From the human T2T-CHM13v2.0 reference genome, Homo sapiens, in NCBI RefSeq assembly GCF_009914755.1, contig NC_060936.1: 64,000 bases of DNA, one strand, 5' to 3'. The notes under the pieces are model-generated. The model did no database searches, was not told the origin of the DNA, and saw only the letters and a program-made list of their open reading frames with translations. This document shows positions 20,935 through 34,360 of this stretch, in pieces (positions within the stretch are counted from its first letter, which is position 1; every line of letters starts with the position of its first letter). The position numbers and the translations under genes are program-made.

Positions 20935-21067
20935 GTTGGAGAACAGAGTCACCCTGAAATCCAGCAGCCTCCCCCAGGCCCTGAGTCCTATGTACCCCCA
21001 TACCGCCCCAGCCTGGAGGAGGACAGCGCCAGCCTGTCTGGGGAGAGTCTGGATGGACATTTGCAGG
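20935..21067 (+). CDS. NAB2: NAB2 exon 5
   Basis: cacAG|GTT; VGEQSHPEIQQPPPGPESYVPPYRPSLEEDSASLSGESLDGHLQ; G|GTGAGT; 133 nt. Confidence 0.95.
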
Positions 21068-21278
21068 GTGAGTGTGCCTCAGAACACTTTTCTCTTCATT
21101 GAGGGTGGGGGAGTAGGGGAGGGGGTTGGGGGAGGAGTGAGCCAGGAGGCAGTGCCTGAAACAGGGTTGGGAGACCTGGCTGGAGGGGGGGCAGAAGGGC
21201 CTGTGGGCTGGCTATGTGGTTGAGGGTGGGGGTTCCATTGGCTGCAGCCCCTTACCTGACCAGTGCCCATGCCCACAG

Positions 21279-21470
21279 CTGTGGGGTCATGTCCAAGGCT
21301 GACGCCGCCCCCTGCTGACCTGCCTCTGGCATTGCCAGCCCATGGGCTATGGAGCCGACACATCCTGCAGCAGACACTGATGGACGAGGGGCTGCGGCTC
21401 GCCCGCCTCGTCTCCCACGACCGCGTGGGCCGCCTCAGCCCCTGTGTGCCTGCGAAGCCACCTCTCGCAG
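21279..21470 (+). CDS. NAB2: NAB2 exon 6 (symmetric phase 1, skippable in frame)
   Basis: cacAG|CT; VGSCPRLTPPPADLPL...PAKPPLA; CAG|GTGAGG; 192 nt. Confidence 0.95.
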
Positions 21471-22483
21471 GTGAGGCAGCCAGCAGTGCTGTCCCCAAGC
21501 ACCCCGGCCACTCAGGCCCCACACAGCAATTCTGGTGTCCTGGGGCCAGGTGGGAGGAAGAGGGATATAGTCGTCAGAGAGGGCAGTAGGATGGCTGGGC
21601 TCCAGCCAGCCAGGCCTTGGGGTGCAGAGAGGCAGACCCTGCCGAGCTGCTCCCACCATGGAAAGTCTGGTCCTAGTGTAGATCTGTGAAAGGGGAACTG
21701 GGGAATGGGGGGACAGAGAAAAGAGGATGAAGGAGCAGGAAGGAGGAGCATCAATAAGGGAAGCTCAGATGGCACTTCCACCAACCCAGGAGTGGGGAGC
21801 AGGCTAGGAGTTGTGGGTATGGGGATGGGGATGCCCAGCTTGGAAGCAGAGGAGCCCAAAGCAGTGATGCTTTGTGTGTGGAAGGGGGAAGAGGGAGTGG
21901 GCAGGCGGAGGGCCGGGCAGCCGCTGGGCTGAGAGTGACGCAGCAGACAAAGCCACCAACCCTGGCTTGGTATTTTTAAACTGTGCGTGGGTGGGAAGTG
22001 GGGGCGGGGACTGGAAGGGGGGCTCTTCTTGAGGGAGGAGCTCGGAGGCTGGCTTCCTGTTCTCCCTCTGATTTGGCTACCAAAAAACTTGGGGGGCCAT
22101 GGTAGAGTGGCCTGGGAGGGGCCTGGGAGGGGGCCAGGGATGAGTGGGGGTGGCAGAGCTTGGGAAGGGGGGAGGGGAGAGGTCAGAGCCAAACCACCCC
22201 CGCAGCTCCTGACAGAACCAGAAATTCCAGCGCAACCGAGGAGGCGGGAGAGAAAGAGAGAGAGACAGACAGAGACAGAGCTACGCACAGCCAGGGAGGG
22301 GAGGGGGCTCACACACATGGGAATGGAACCCCCCATACACATGCAGTGGGCAGGAGGCAGTAATTCAATAAACCTAAACTGAGCCCATCTTCACAGCTTT
22401 CTTTGCCCCTGCTTCTGTTCCCAACCACCTCTGTCTGCAGCCAGTCACCCTGCAGTCTCCTAACTGCCCCCTTTTCCCTGCAG

Positions 22484-22593
22484 AGTTCGAGGAAGGGCTG
22501 CTGGACAGATGTCCTGCCCCAGGACCCCATCCCGCGCTGGTGGAGGGTCGCAGGAGCAGCGTGAAAGTGGAGGCTGAGGCCAGCCGGCAGTGA
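22484..22593 (+). CDS. NAB2: NAB2 exon 7 coding part to stop
   Basis: ctgcAG|AG; EFEEGLLDRCPAPGPHPALVEGRRSSVKVEAEASRQ*; total CDS 1578 nt = 525 aa + stop. Confidence 0.95.
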
Positions 22594-23345
22594 GGGTTGG
22601 ACTGGTGTCTTCAGACCCAGGACCTCAGACTTCTGGCTCACACAGACCCCCACGCTCTCCATCCCCGGAATCTAGTCACAACCCTGGATCCTTCCTCTGC
22701 CCTTCTCCTGCCTCCCCACCTGCTCCATGGGCATAAGACTGTGGGGCTTCAAGCAATAACAAGCAGAGGCCTGGAGAGAGGACACAAGGAGGGTGCGTGG
22801 TGCCCTCACCCCTGCCCAGAGCGAGGGGGCAAGGACTCTGCCTCCAGGGCATCTGGGGTTTTCCCCTCCCTCACACAACACACTCCCATTCTCTTTAGGT
22901 TTGCACCAGTGGTGTGAGCAGTTGGACTCAGTTTGGACAAGGGGGAAAGGGGGACTTCCCTGGGAAGGTCCAGCTAAAAGTGGCAACATTTGCCCCCAGA
23001 ATTGGGGGCCTGGGAACACTGGACCTGCTCCTTCTCCCCTCTCCTTCCCCGTTTTTGTGCTTCTGGTTTGTTTCTTTAATTAATTTAACAAGTGCTGCAG
23101 TTTGCCCTCCCATTCCCATCTATCCCCCAAGTCCTTTGCAATTTCTTCCCTGCCCTACATAGGGGCGGTGGGTGTGGGATCCCTTCACTGGCCCCCTCGG
23201 GAGGCCTGGGTTGGACTCAGGGTCTCCTCCAGCTGGGGGCTGGACCGCAGCACCTATCTGAGCAGTTAGAGCGTCTTTCTTTTCAGATTGTGTACAGTAG
23301 ATTATTTATTTTGTTATTTTGGAATAAAATTTATTTTATGGCTTA
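22594..23345 (+). other. NAB2: NAB2 3'UTR (3' end approximate)
   Basis: Between TGA at 22591-22593 and AATAAA at 23323-23328. Confidence 0.8.
23280..23345. terminator. Shared bidirectional polyadenylation region of NAB2 (+) and STAT6 (-)
   Basis: + strand AATAAA 23323-23328; - strand AATAAA (TTTATT) 23305-23310 and 23330-23335; palindromic TGTACA 23291-23296. Confidence 0.85.
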
Positions 23346-24443
23346 GGATCTATGACCCCTGCCTTGAGAGGGAGAATGGGATAGGGGAGTGAAGGGAAGC
23401 TGGCGGTGGATGGGGCAACAGAAAAGATGCAGCAGGCAGGGCCCTCTCATACACTGGAGGGCCACATGGCCAGGCCTGGACCCAGACTCTCACCCTGGCT
23501 CCCAGGCAGCATTGGAGGTGTGGAGCCATACGTAGATGTCACAGCCACTTGGACCCACTTGGGCACAGTCAGACTCCAAATTCAGAGTATTTGGGGGTTA
23601 GCATATGTCAGAGAGGCCAGCACACTTGCTGCTGTCTTCTGTGCAGTGTCTCACCCTCCCAAATTTGTGTTGTCACGTAGGCAAAAGCAGATAGACACAT
23701 GTTCTATGTGGTCATGCAACTAAGGTGCCAGCTATACATTTAACATATCCTAGGTACATACACGTTCACACAGCTATACACGAAGAATCTCAGCCCTTGT
23801 ACTTTTGCATAGTCTCATACACGTATCAGAAGCCTCCACCTGGCTAACAGGAATTTGGGGCTTTGGGAGATTTTTTAATCAGGGCAAAACCTGTACTAGT
23901 AACCACATGTCCAGACCCCTCCTATGCTCCCACCCAGGGTCCCTTGAGCTGCTTCCCATTCCCCTAGGGCTGAGACCCAATATCCTCTATCCCTGGCCTC
24001 TAGTGTAAATGTGTCTGTATGTTCCTGCCTATCCGTCCTAGGCCCTGGGTCAGAATGGGCGGAGAAGCCTTCCATGCCCTAACCTGTGCTCTTACCCAGC
24101 CCCCCTCCTGCTCAGCCCCATCACCCTCAGAGAGCTCTGTATGTGTGTGTGCGTGCGTGTGCGCGCTGCAGGTGCAGGCATGTTGGGGTGTGTCTCAGAG
24201 CCTGAACTTCCCTTCCAGTCAGTGCTGGAAGGAGGTGGGCAGGGGAATGATAGAAAGGAAGGAGTGGATTGGCTCCACCCACTGTGCATTCTCCTGTTAG
24301 TCTTTTCCTCCTGACCCAGGAGTAGGTGGGGATAGGAGGGCACCCTCCCCATCTGCTGCTTGGCAGGGCATGAGCAAGTGTCCAGAGCAGGTCTGTGGGG
24401 GTAGTAGAAGAGCTGTCTCTTTGGGTTCTCCCTCCAGCTGGGA
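23285..24443 (-). other. STAT6: STAT6 3'UTR (3' end approximate)
   Basis: Between stop codon 24444-24446 and the minus-strand AATAAA signals. Confidence 0.8.
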
Positions 24444-24633
24444 TCACCAACTGGGGTTGGCCCTTAGGTCCATGTGGGACATTGAGATCCCAGATTGCCC
24501 ATAGTGGGAGGGCTGCAGGAGGGGCTGTGCCCCCAAGGACCCTCCCCCCGACTCCCCTTGCCCCTCCAGGAGAAGCTTAGTGAGGTCCTGTTCAGTGGGA
24601 GGCAGCAGAGGAGGGAATATGTCTTCACCAATC
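24444..24633 (-). CDS. STAT6: STAT6 exon 22 coding part (transactivation domain, LXXLL motif LTKLL) to stop
   Basis: [24 protein letters not shown]...ANPSW*; total CDS 2544 nt = 847 aa + stop. Confidence 0.96.
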
Positions 24634-24721
24634 CTGCAAGGAGATGGGAGAAGCAGTGGAGTAGGCATGGCGCCCACTCCCCTAGATGCCACCCAGCCTC
24701 CACTCCCAAGCTGCCACTCAC

Positions 24722-24850
24722 CAAGTGCCCTGAGGAAACGCTGTCACTGGCTGGCTCAGGCAGCTGTCTTCCACCATGGTCACATCTGAGCAGAGCAGGG
24801 GGTCAGGGCTGGACACAGCATGCTCCTGAGGCTGGCACGGCAGCAGGCCC
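24722..24850 (-). CDS. STAT6: STAT6 exon 21
   Basis: [14 protein letters not shown]...FPQGT(W); AG/GT flanks; 129 nt. Confidence 0.95.
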
Positions 24851-24939
24851 CTGCCAGGAACCAGCAATGGAAATAAGGAGAGCGGGGCAAGGCCAGGAAA
24901 GAAGAGGCACATGGGGTCAGGAGGGGCTTTGTCACTCAC

Positions 24940-25005
24940 TGGGGGTGAGGCTGGTCAAAGGGCAGGCTCATCTGGCCCAGGCTGGGGGGCATCTGCAGGT
25001 GAGGC
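24940..25005 (-). CDS. STAT6: STAT6 exon 20
   Basis: [21 protein letters not shown]; 66 nt. Confidence 0.95.
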
Positions 25006-25443
25006 CTGGAAGTAGGGAGAGCACAGTTAGAGGAAGGCAGGCTAGGCAAATGCAGAGTGGTGCAAAGTCAGGACCACTGAGTGAGGAAACAAGCTCCAGC
25101 TCCTTATCCTGACTTAGTCATGGCCTGGGCAAGCTATTTCTATGCTCTGAGCTCAGTCTTCTCATCTGTAAAATGTGCGTGTTATGGGGGTGGATTAGCC
25201 AATTTCTAATGTTTCTTTGGACTCTGAACTTTGGTAGTTCTTAAGTCCCCAAGTCCTCACTCCCGCCTCACCTTCTGGGAAGGGAGATGTTGTGTCTTGA
25301 CTAAGTTAATAAGCACCCGAGTGTCATACTTCGGGAAGAAAAATGTCTAGGCCATTTCAAGGCCAAAACAGATGAGTAAACAAAAACCAATACAGCAGAG
25401 AAGTGACAGTGGCTCTCAGGGGCAGGACAGAAAATAATAATAA

Positions 25444-26016
25444 CAGTCATGCACCACATTAACGACATTTCTGTCAACTACAGACCACAGTGGTCCCATA
25501 AGATTATAATCAAGGCCAGGCAGAGTGACTCACGCCTGTAATCCTAACGCTTTGGGAGGCCGAGGTGGGAGGATCACTTAAGCCCAGGAGTTTGAGACCA
25601 GCTTGGGCAGTAAGTGAGACCTTGTCTGCAGAAAAATCTTAAAAAAGAATTAGCCGAGTGTCGTGGTGCACTACAGCAGGAGGATTGCTCGAGCCCAAGA
25701 GGCGGAGGTTGCAGGGAGCTAAGATCGCACCACTGCACTCCAGTGAGTGAGACCCTGTCTCAAAAAAAAAAAATTATAATCAAGCTGAAAATTCCTATCA
25801 CACAAATATTTACCATTATGTTACTATTTCCTTATACTATTCAGAACAGTATCATGCTGCTCGGGTTTAAAGCTAGGATCAATAGGCTACACAATATAGC
25901 CTCAGTGTATAGTAGTCTATACCATCTAGGTTTGTGTAATTATACTCAATGGTATTCGCATAATTATGAAACTGCCAAAGACAGAAAATGCTCCTTCATT
26001 AAGTGATCCACGACTG
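25444..26016 (+). mobile_element. Tigger3/MER7-like DNA transposon interrupted by an Alu (25513-25772)
   Basis: Ends CAGTCATGC... and ...cgactg; internal GGTCCCATAAGATTATAAT; Alu TSD ATTATAATCAAG. Confidence 0.75.
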
Positions 26017-26024
26017 GACTTACA

Positions 26025-26240
26025 CAGCTTTTGCTATGAGCCATGCACTATGCTCAGCTTTTTAAGTGTTATGAACTCATTTAATCTCCACAATAATGCA
26101 GTGAGGTAGGTTATTATTATTAGCATTATTATCCCCCATTGTGCAGATAAGGCACCAAAGGCTAAGTAATTTGCCCCAAACCAGTAAGTGGTGGAGCTAG
26201 AATTCAAACCTAGGCAGTCCAGATCTTAACTACTACCCCC
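26025..26240 (-). mobile_element. MIR (others at ~25070-25240 +, 28110-28340 -, 28690-28890 +, 31840-32105 +, 37110-37335 -, 40455-40680 +, 52040-52210 +)
   Basis: MIR core motifs (catttaatctccacaataa...gaggtagg; ctcatctgtaaaatggg). Confidence 0.7.
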
Positions 26241-26376
26241 TCATTAGAGTGGACAGAAGAGAAGAAGACAGGCTGTTAGCATTTGCTGCTCCTTTCTCAC
26301 AGAAGAGCCTCTTCTAACAATTCAAATGCCCACCCCCTTAGAGTGGGATGGTATCCCCATGAGGTTTTTCACTTAC

Positions 26377-26469
26377 TCCTGGAAGGCTGACAACACGTTG
26401 ACTGATTCTTCTGGGGAGAGGCCTTGATACGGGGGGATGGAGTGAGAGTGTGGTGGGTACACCTGGGGC
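26377..26469 (-). CDS. STAT6: STAT6 exon 19
   Basis: PQVYPPHSHSIPPYQGLSPEESVNVLSAFQ; donor GA|GTAAGT; 93 nt. Confidence 0.95.
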
Positions 26470-26663
26470 CTGGGGAAAGAAAACAGACCCCCTGATGCCA
26501 GCCCTTCTCCTGGACACCACCACACCCTGCTTTTGAACAGGTGTCCCTCTCATGGAAAGGAAGATTCCCTGTTCAGCCCCCAGTGCCAGCTCTCCCAGCT
26601 GCCCATGCTAAGATTAGCCCATCTGCACAGACCACTCCCATTCCTGTCTTTCCAGCTCCTTAC

Positions 26664-26774
26664 ACCATATCTGGGCCAAGCTGCATGCTCATGGAGGAAT
26701 CAGGGGCCATTCCAAGGTCATAAGAAGGCACCATGGTAGGCATCTGGAGCTCTGGGGTAGGAAGTGGTTGGTCC
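26664..26774 (-). CDS. STAT6: STAT6 exon 18
   Basis: [36 protein letters not shown]; 111 nt. Confidence 0.95.
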
Positions 26775-26886
26775 CTGGAGGAGGGAAGGAGGTACATGTG
26801 ACTGACCAAGGGTTGATGCCACCCCTCCTTCCTGCAGATAAGCACTAAGCCCCTGACCTACCCACTGTCCATACCACCACACTCAC

Positions 26887-26950
26887 CTTTCCACGGTCAT
26901 CTTGATGGTAGCTGGGACATAACCCCTGCCATCCTTACCCATCTGTTCAG
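26887..26950 (-). CDS. STAT6: STAT6 exon 17, containing Tyr641 (codon 26919-26921)
   Basis: EQMGKDGRGYVPATIKMTVE; cumulative count places TAT at codon 641; 64 nt. Confidence 0.96.
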
Positions 26951-27165
26951 CTGTTGTGAGAAGGAAAAGACAGCCATGGAGTGCTCTGGGGTTAGGGAGG
27001 AAGGGAGGTGGAAAAGGTGGGCATGGATCATGGGGAAGTAAGAGAAGCACAGCTATGAAATAGGGAGTGACATCAGGATGACACGCGGGCAGGGAGAGGA
27101 GGGCAGCGGGGAGCAGGGAGGAAGTGGGTGACAGGAAGGAATCAGAGCTGCCAGTTCCAGCTCAC

Positions 27166-27312
27166 GCTTGTAGTGGCTCCGGAAAGCCTCATCCTTGGGC
27201 TTCTTGGGATAGAGATTTTTGAGCTGAGCAAGATCCCGGATTCGGTCCCCCAGTGAGCGAATGGACAGGTCTTTGGCAGAGAATGGCTGGATGTTCTCTA
27301 TCTGTGGAGAGC
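27166..27312 (-). CDS. STAT6: STAT6 exon 16 (SH2)
   Basis: [27 protein letters not shown]...RSHYK; 147 nt. Confidence 0.96.
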
Positions 27313-27638
27313 CTATGGTAGGAAGGAGACCCTGAGATCCCTCTGTCCGGACTTTCTTCCCCTTCCCCAACCCCTACCATAAGACCTGTTCTCACTCCAC
27401 CAAGGCAAGGGAGAGAGGACCTAGGGTGGGGCTCCTGAGGGAGAGAGACCCACTAGTCTCCGTTCCCACAGAGCTCACAGTGAGAAGGTGAACATTTAGA
27501 CCACAGAAGGAAGAAGAGAAGCTGGAAGAACTTCCTGAAGATCAGGATCGGCATCAGGAAGGTCAGGACATTTCATTCCCAGAAGAAACCCCAGAGGGCA
27601 CAGGCACAGAGACAGAGGACTGGCTGGGGTGGCCTCAC

Positions 27639-27775
27639 CATCCTGGCCCCGGATGACATGGGCAATGGTGATGCCCCCAATCTCTGAGTCGCTGAAGCGG
27701 AGGAGAAAGGTTCCGTCGGGCTCATTGAGAAGAAGGCTAGTAACGTACTGTTTGCTGATGAAGCCAATGATCAGC
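27639..27775 (-). CDS. STAT6: STAT6 exon 15 (SH2, GTFLLRFS motif)
   Basis: [45 protein letters not shown]; 137 nt. Confidence 0.96.
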
Positions 27776-27867
27776 CTGGCCGGGATGAAGGAGAGGATGG
27801 GGCATGGGCAGTGAGTATGGAGGTGACTGGTGTATGGCTGCTCAGACTACCCAGGGTGGGGACTCAC

Positions 27868-27962
27868 CGGTCAGACCAGTAGCTCCGGAGACAGCGTTTG
27901 GTGAGGTCCAGGACACCATCAAACCACTGCCAAAAGGTGAAGCCACGGCCCAGCAGGATCTC
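27868..27962 (-). CDS. STAT6: STAT6 exon 14
   Basis: [31 protein letters not shown]; 95 nt. Confidence 0.96.
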
Positions 27963-28481
27963 CTAGGGGGAGAGGGGGAAAGGTGTGAGCCGAGGGAGGG
28001 CCAGAGCTGGAGCCTGTTTAGGGCAGGCAGTGAGCTGTGAGTGCCCTCACGACAGAATCACAGGGCTGAGGATCAGACCGAACCTGAGACTCCATCAATG
28101 ACAACGACCAATCCTAATGCTTACACGTGCCAGCCACTATTTCAAGCCTTTCCATATATTTATTTGCTCTTTACCAGGCTATGGAAGTAGGGATTATAAT
28201 AATTCCATCTTACAGATGAAGAAATGGAAGTCCAAAAACGTCGAATGACTTGCCCAGGTCTACATAGCTGGTAAGAGGCAGAGCTAGGATTTAAACCCAG
28301 GCATTCTGGCCCTGGAGCCCCTCTTAACTACTATGCTACACCCTCTCCCTAAGGAGGTGTGGCAGAGGTGACGCCCAAAGGAAGGTAACCTGCTGGGTGT
28401 GACTGTCTTGCTCCCTTTAGCTAACACACCCTCTGGTCACATGAGCATTTCTTTCTTCTCTTTAAAGATTCTGTCTCACAC

Positions 28482-28510
28482 AAAAGAAAGAAAAAGAGAG
28501 AAAGAGAAAG

Positions 28511-28607
<97 letters not shown>

Positions 28608-28620
28608 AAAGAAAAAAAAA
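28482..28620. repeat. (GAAA)n polypurine microsatellite in STAT6 intron 13
   Basis: Seen directly. Confidence 0.95.
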
Positions 28621-28878
28621 CCAAAACATAAAATAACATAATATAACATAAAATAAAAGAGCAAGAGTCAGAAATATGTGGTTCTCTCCTAGCCATGGCA
28701 CTCACCTGCTTTGGGAACTTGAACAAACTACATAACCCTCTGAGCATCAGATTCCTCATCTGTAAAATGGGGATAATAATAGTATCTACCTCAAAGAGAT
28801 GTTGGGAGGATTAAGTGAGATAACATACATAAGGTGTTAAGCACAGCGCCTGGCATATAAGCTGTCAACACGTGGTAG

Positions 28879-29823
<945 letters not shown>

Positions 29824-30149
29824 AGGAACTATTTTTCCAACAGGTCAAAGTCACTTTGAATCAGAGCTCTGTTTACACACAACCTGGGTGAGTCATGCAA
29901 GTCACTGGTAAAGAGGAAGGACAGATGGCCCCCAGACCAAAACCTCAGGGATGTCAGAGAACGCATCTCCAGAGCCAACCCCCAGGCCTGGGGTTTTTCC
30001 TCCCTGGTCCATGACAGGCCTTCCTAAAGGACCTGAGGGGGCACTGTGGAGAATCCAGTGGAAGGTCCCTGCATGGAGGCTGAGCAGGCCCTGAGTGCCC
30101 CAGGGATGAAGAGCTTGGGGGTGGGAGGTCCAAAGGGCAGGAGAATGAC

Positions 30150-30356
30150 CTTGTTGAACTGCGACCAGGACACAGAACGGTGCTGGAAGGCCTCCATACT
30201 GAGGCTGTTGTCATTGAAGATCTTCTGGGCCAGGAAGAGGAAGTGCTCTGGGAGCAGCCCCCGGTTGGTCCCCACCTCAGCCATGAACTTCAGGTTCAGA
30301 GTTTCACACATCTTCTCCCAGGGCACCCGCTCAGCCACCACAAAGGGCACGCGGTC
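30150..30356 (-). CDS. STAT6: STAT6 exon 13 (linker domain)
   Basis: [18 protein letters not shown]...WSQFNK; 207 nt. Confidence 0.96.
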
Positions 30357-30688
30357 CTGGGGAGAAGGGGGAAGAAGAGAGCACTGCAGGCTACCGTCTT
30401 GTTATTCCTCGGGCCGGCCTTCATCCCTCCCACCTGCCTGTGGCCTACCCCTCCACAGCCCCTGATATCGCTCACAAACATGCTGTTTTTTCTAGGTTAC
30501 AGTGCTGTGGCCTGATAGTTGTTAAGACTGGGGTGAAAAGAGGTCAGAAGCACGAAAGCAGGCCCATGAGAAAGTGTTAAGGTCACACCCATTTAAACAT
30601 GCCCACCACCCCATCAGCAGGCCTGCACCACTGCCCATGTTAGAACCCACCCTGCCCCTGTTCCCTCCAACTCCAGGACTTTCCTCAC

Positions 30689-30781
30689 CATCTCAGAGAA
30701 GGCATTGTCCCACAGGATAGTGGCTTTGGCATTGTTGTCTTGGTTGCCATGGACGATGACCACCAGGGGCAGAGACAGGGC
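30689..30781 (-). CDS. STAT6: STAT6 exon 12 (DNA-binding domain; Asp419 codon 30737-30739 is GAC)
   Basis: [31 protein letters not shown]; 93 nt. Confidence 0.96.
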
Positions 30782-30809
30782 CTGAAGAGGGTGAGGACAG
30801 GGGTTTCTT

Positions 30810-31697
<888 letters not shown>

Positions 31698-32296
31698 GGA
31701 CAGGGGTTTCTTAGTGAAGCAAGAAGTTTCCTCAGGGGACTGGCTCTGAGCACTCAGAGAAGTTATTGGACTCACACATCATAATCAAAAAGCTCATGCC
31801 ATGTTATTAAATGCGTTCTGAAGCTCAATCAGGGCCTCACCGTAGAGAAGTGGTTATTAGTCATCGCTATGGAACCAGACCTCCAGGTTTCAAATACCAG
31901 CTCCAACACTTAGCTGTGTGACTGGGACAAACTACTTAAACTCTCTGTCTCAATGTCCTTATCTATAAAATGAGGCTGATAATACTGCCTACCTCATAAT
32001 GTTATTGTGAAAACCAGACGTGTGTGTGCTGGCACGCATGTGCGTATGTATCATTTAATAGAGTGCCCTGGTCTATAGGAAGTGCTTCCGAAGTGTTTGC
32101 TGCTATCCACTACCATTCCCTGCCCTGTGCACTCCATGCTCTTGCTCACCCCCACTCACCCGGGCCCCAGTGTGCATGAATCCCAGACACATGGGGTATG
32201 GGGCAGTCACAAGAGGTGAGGGTCCAGGGCCCTTGTGTGTGGCATTGGAGGAGGACTCGGGGTCCCAGATTGGGGCAGGGCTGGGCCACGGTTCAC

Positions 32297-32419
32297 CTGG
32301 AGCTGGATGGGGAGTTTGCCGGGGCCAAGTGTGAAGCTGGCAGAGAAGAGCACAGCGCACTTCTCCTCTGTGACAGACTCAGTGCCCTTCCGCTCACACC
32401 GCTTGATCTTCTTGAGAAG
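32297..32419 (-). CDS. STAT6: STAT6 exon 11
   Basis: [41 protein letters not shown]; 123 nt. Confidence 0.96.
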
Positions 32420-32558
32420 CTGTGGGTGGGGTGAGGGAGAGCAAGGGCGAGGTCATGAGGACAGAGACCGCTCCTCCTGGGCTTCCTGACATCCTCTCCA
32501 AGGAGAGTCCCACAGTCTCCTAGTGGTGCCCCCCTCACTGCACCCCAAAGCCCCTCAC

Positions 32559-32646
32559 CAGGTTCTTGAACAGGGCAGAGCAGCAGTTCCCAGGAATGCT
32601 GTTCTCCAAGGGCACAGTGTTGTTGATGATTTCTCCAGTGCTTTCT
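32559..32646 (-). CDS. STAT6: STAT6 exon 10
   Basis: [29 protein letters not shown]; 88 nt. Confidence 0.96.
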
Positions 32647-32983
32647 CTGCCAGGGGAGGTCAGAGTGTGAACGAGCTCATCTCACTGTCGTCAGGTGTGG
32701 CGAGTGCATGGGTGAGTGTAGACTACCCACTGTCACCAGCCCTAAATCTCCATGTCTCTGTTTGGGTTCTTAAGGGAGGAGTCCCCATCTTGGCCAAATC
32801 ATGATGCCCCCACCCCATTCCAGCCCTAAATGGGTCCCTCCCTTTCCTCTGCCTTGACCATTCAGGGTCTCCACATCCCATGGCCCTCCCTCCCCATCCC
32901 TTGCTCTTTTCAGTGCCAGCCCTCCAGGCTGCCTCCATCACCCTAACAGCCCTTCTCCAACCCCAGGTCCAATCCCAGCTTAC

Positions 32984-33172
32984 GCTCCAGCCCCAGGACC
33001 CTGAGGCACACTCAGCTCCCGCGCCTGCTTCTCTGTCACCATGTCGGCCCTGACCAGCGGAGGCTTGGCTGGGGCCCCCAGGAACCTCAAGCCCAACAGG
33101 AATCGAACTCCAGCCTGGAACTTGGTCTGAGTCTTCAGTACCTGGGGGGGCTGCTTCTCCACCAGGAAGCAA
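32984..33172 (-). CDS. STAT6: STAT6 exon 9
   Basis: [27 protein letters not shown]...GPGAG; 189 nt. Confidence 0.96.
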
Positions 33173-33300
33173 CTGGGAGTGAGGAGGACACAAGGGGAGT
33201 TGGGGGCTAGGTCCCTGCTGGTGCCCTCCCCACAGCTCTAGCCCCCTTCTTTTCTTCCCGAGGTCTGTTCTAGGCCAGACTGGGAGCTCCCGGGGAATAC

Positions 33301-33432
33301 CTGGTGACGAGGGTTCTCAGGACTTCATCCAGCCGGCCAGTCAGCGATGCCCGGGTCTTGGGCTCAAGCTCCCCACCAGCCGCCCCTACCTCCTGCTGTA
33401 GCTGGGAATAAATGTCCACCAGGCTTTCACAC
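33301..33432 (-). CDS. STAT6: STAT6 exon 8
   Basis: [16 protein letters not shown]...LRTLVT; 132 nt. Confidence 0.96.
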
Positions 33433-34023
33433 CTGGGGCCAGGACAGTGGTCAGGGGGCACAGGATTAAGGCTGCTTGCTCCGGCCCAGACCCCCTTCCC
33501 CTATACCCAGGGAGAAAGGCTATCATGTGTGGAGAAGTGGGGTGGGTAGTGGGTGTGGCTGCAAGGCACCTGGGCTGAAGGGGGTTCTGTGATCTGTTGG
33601 CCTAGGGTCTGGGTGGGAGGTTCATTCTCAGTGCCTACACCCCCTGTGGAAACCCAGCTGCCTCTCCCCCGACGGCTCTTGCACCCAGGACAACTGCCAC
33701 CACTTACAGTGCTTTGTGGCAAATTGGAAAGTGTTCCCACCCAATAAACCAAATGGAAAAGCCCTCCTATTCCTCTAGGCATGGGGCTTGAGGAGAGAAG
33801 CCTGGGTTGGATGAGTCCCCGCTTGTGCCCCTCCACTAGGCCCACTTGTACAGGATGCGACCTGAACGACAGTGTGCACAGCCCCGCTGGAACTGGCTTT
33901 TATGCATCTTGGTCCACTCCAAGGCCCTCCCGCCTGGCTTCTTTCTCTCACCTGTAGGGCCTTCAGCAGGGTCAGCTGCCCACCCCCAGCTTGCCCCCTC
34001 TTCCCCATCAGCCCTAGCCCAAC

Positions 34024-34172
34024 CTCTCCTGGAGTGGGGCCAGGCTCTCCTCAAACGGTGCGCCATTCCCTGCCAGCTGCTGCTGCCGTTTCCAAATCTG
34101 GATCCTCTTCAGCACTAGGGCTTTGGCTGCCTCTAGCTCTCCAGTGGTCTCCTGCAGTAGCATGGCCAGGGC
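34024..34172 (-). CDS. STAT6: STAT6 exon 7
   Basis: [49 protein letters not shown]; 149 nt. Confidence 0.96.
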
Positions 34173-34360
34173 CTATGGGCAGAGAGGGGCCTGAGCCAGG
34201 GCCTCACGCTGCCTCCACACCCAGCTCCTGGGATACGGCTCTTTTTCTCACTCCTCTGGCATTCCCTTGCCCTACTTCAGCCTGTGTCTTTCTGAGGTCT
34301 AGCTTCCATCCCTCCAGCTGCACTTTGACCAAGGTCTCCACCTGTCAGCCCATTACTCAC

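Noticed and set aside
21512-22342. 276-aa minus-strand ORF in NAB2 intron 6
   Set aside because: Low-complexity Pro/Ser product of a G-skewed intron; it lies beyond the STAT6 poly(A) site with no promoter or splice support
24495-25112. 205-aa plus-strand ORF antisense to STAT6 exons 20-22
   Set aside because: Non-ATG start, GC-rich antisense shadow, no recognisable homology
28399-28759. KERK- and FLSF-repeat ORFs
   Set aside because: Translations of the (GAAA)n microsatellite
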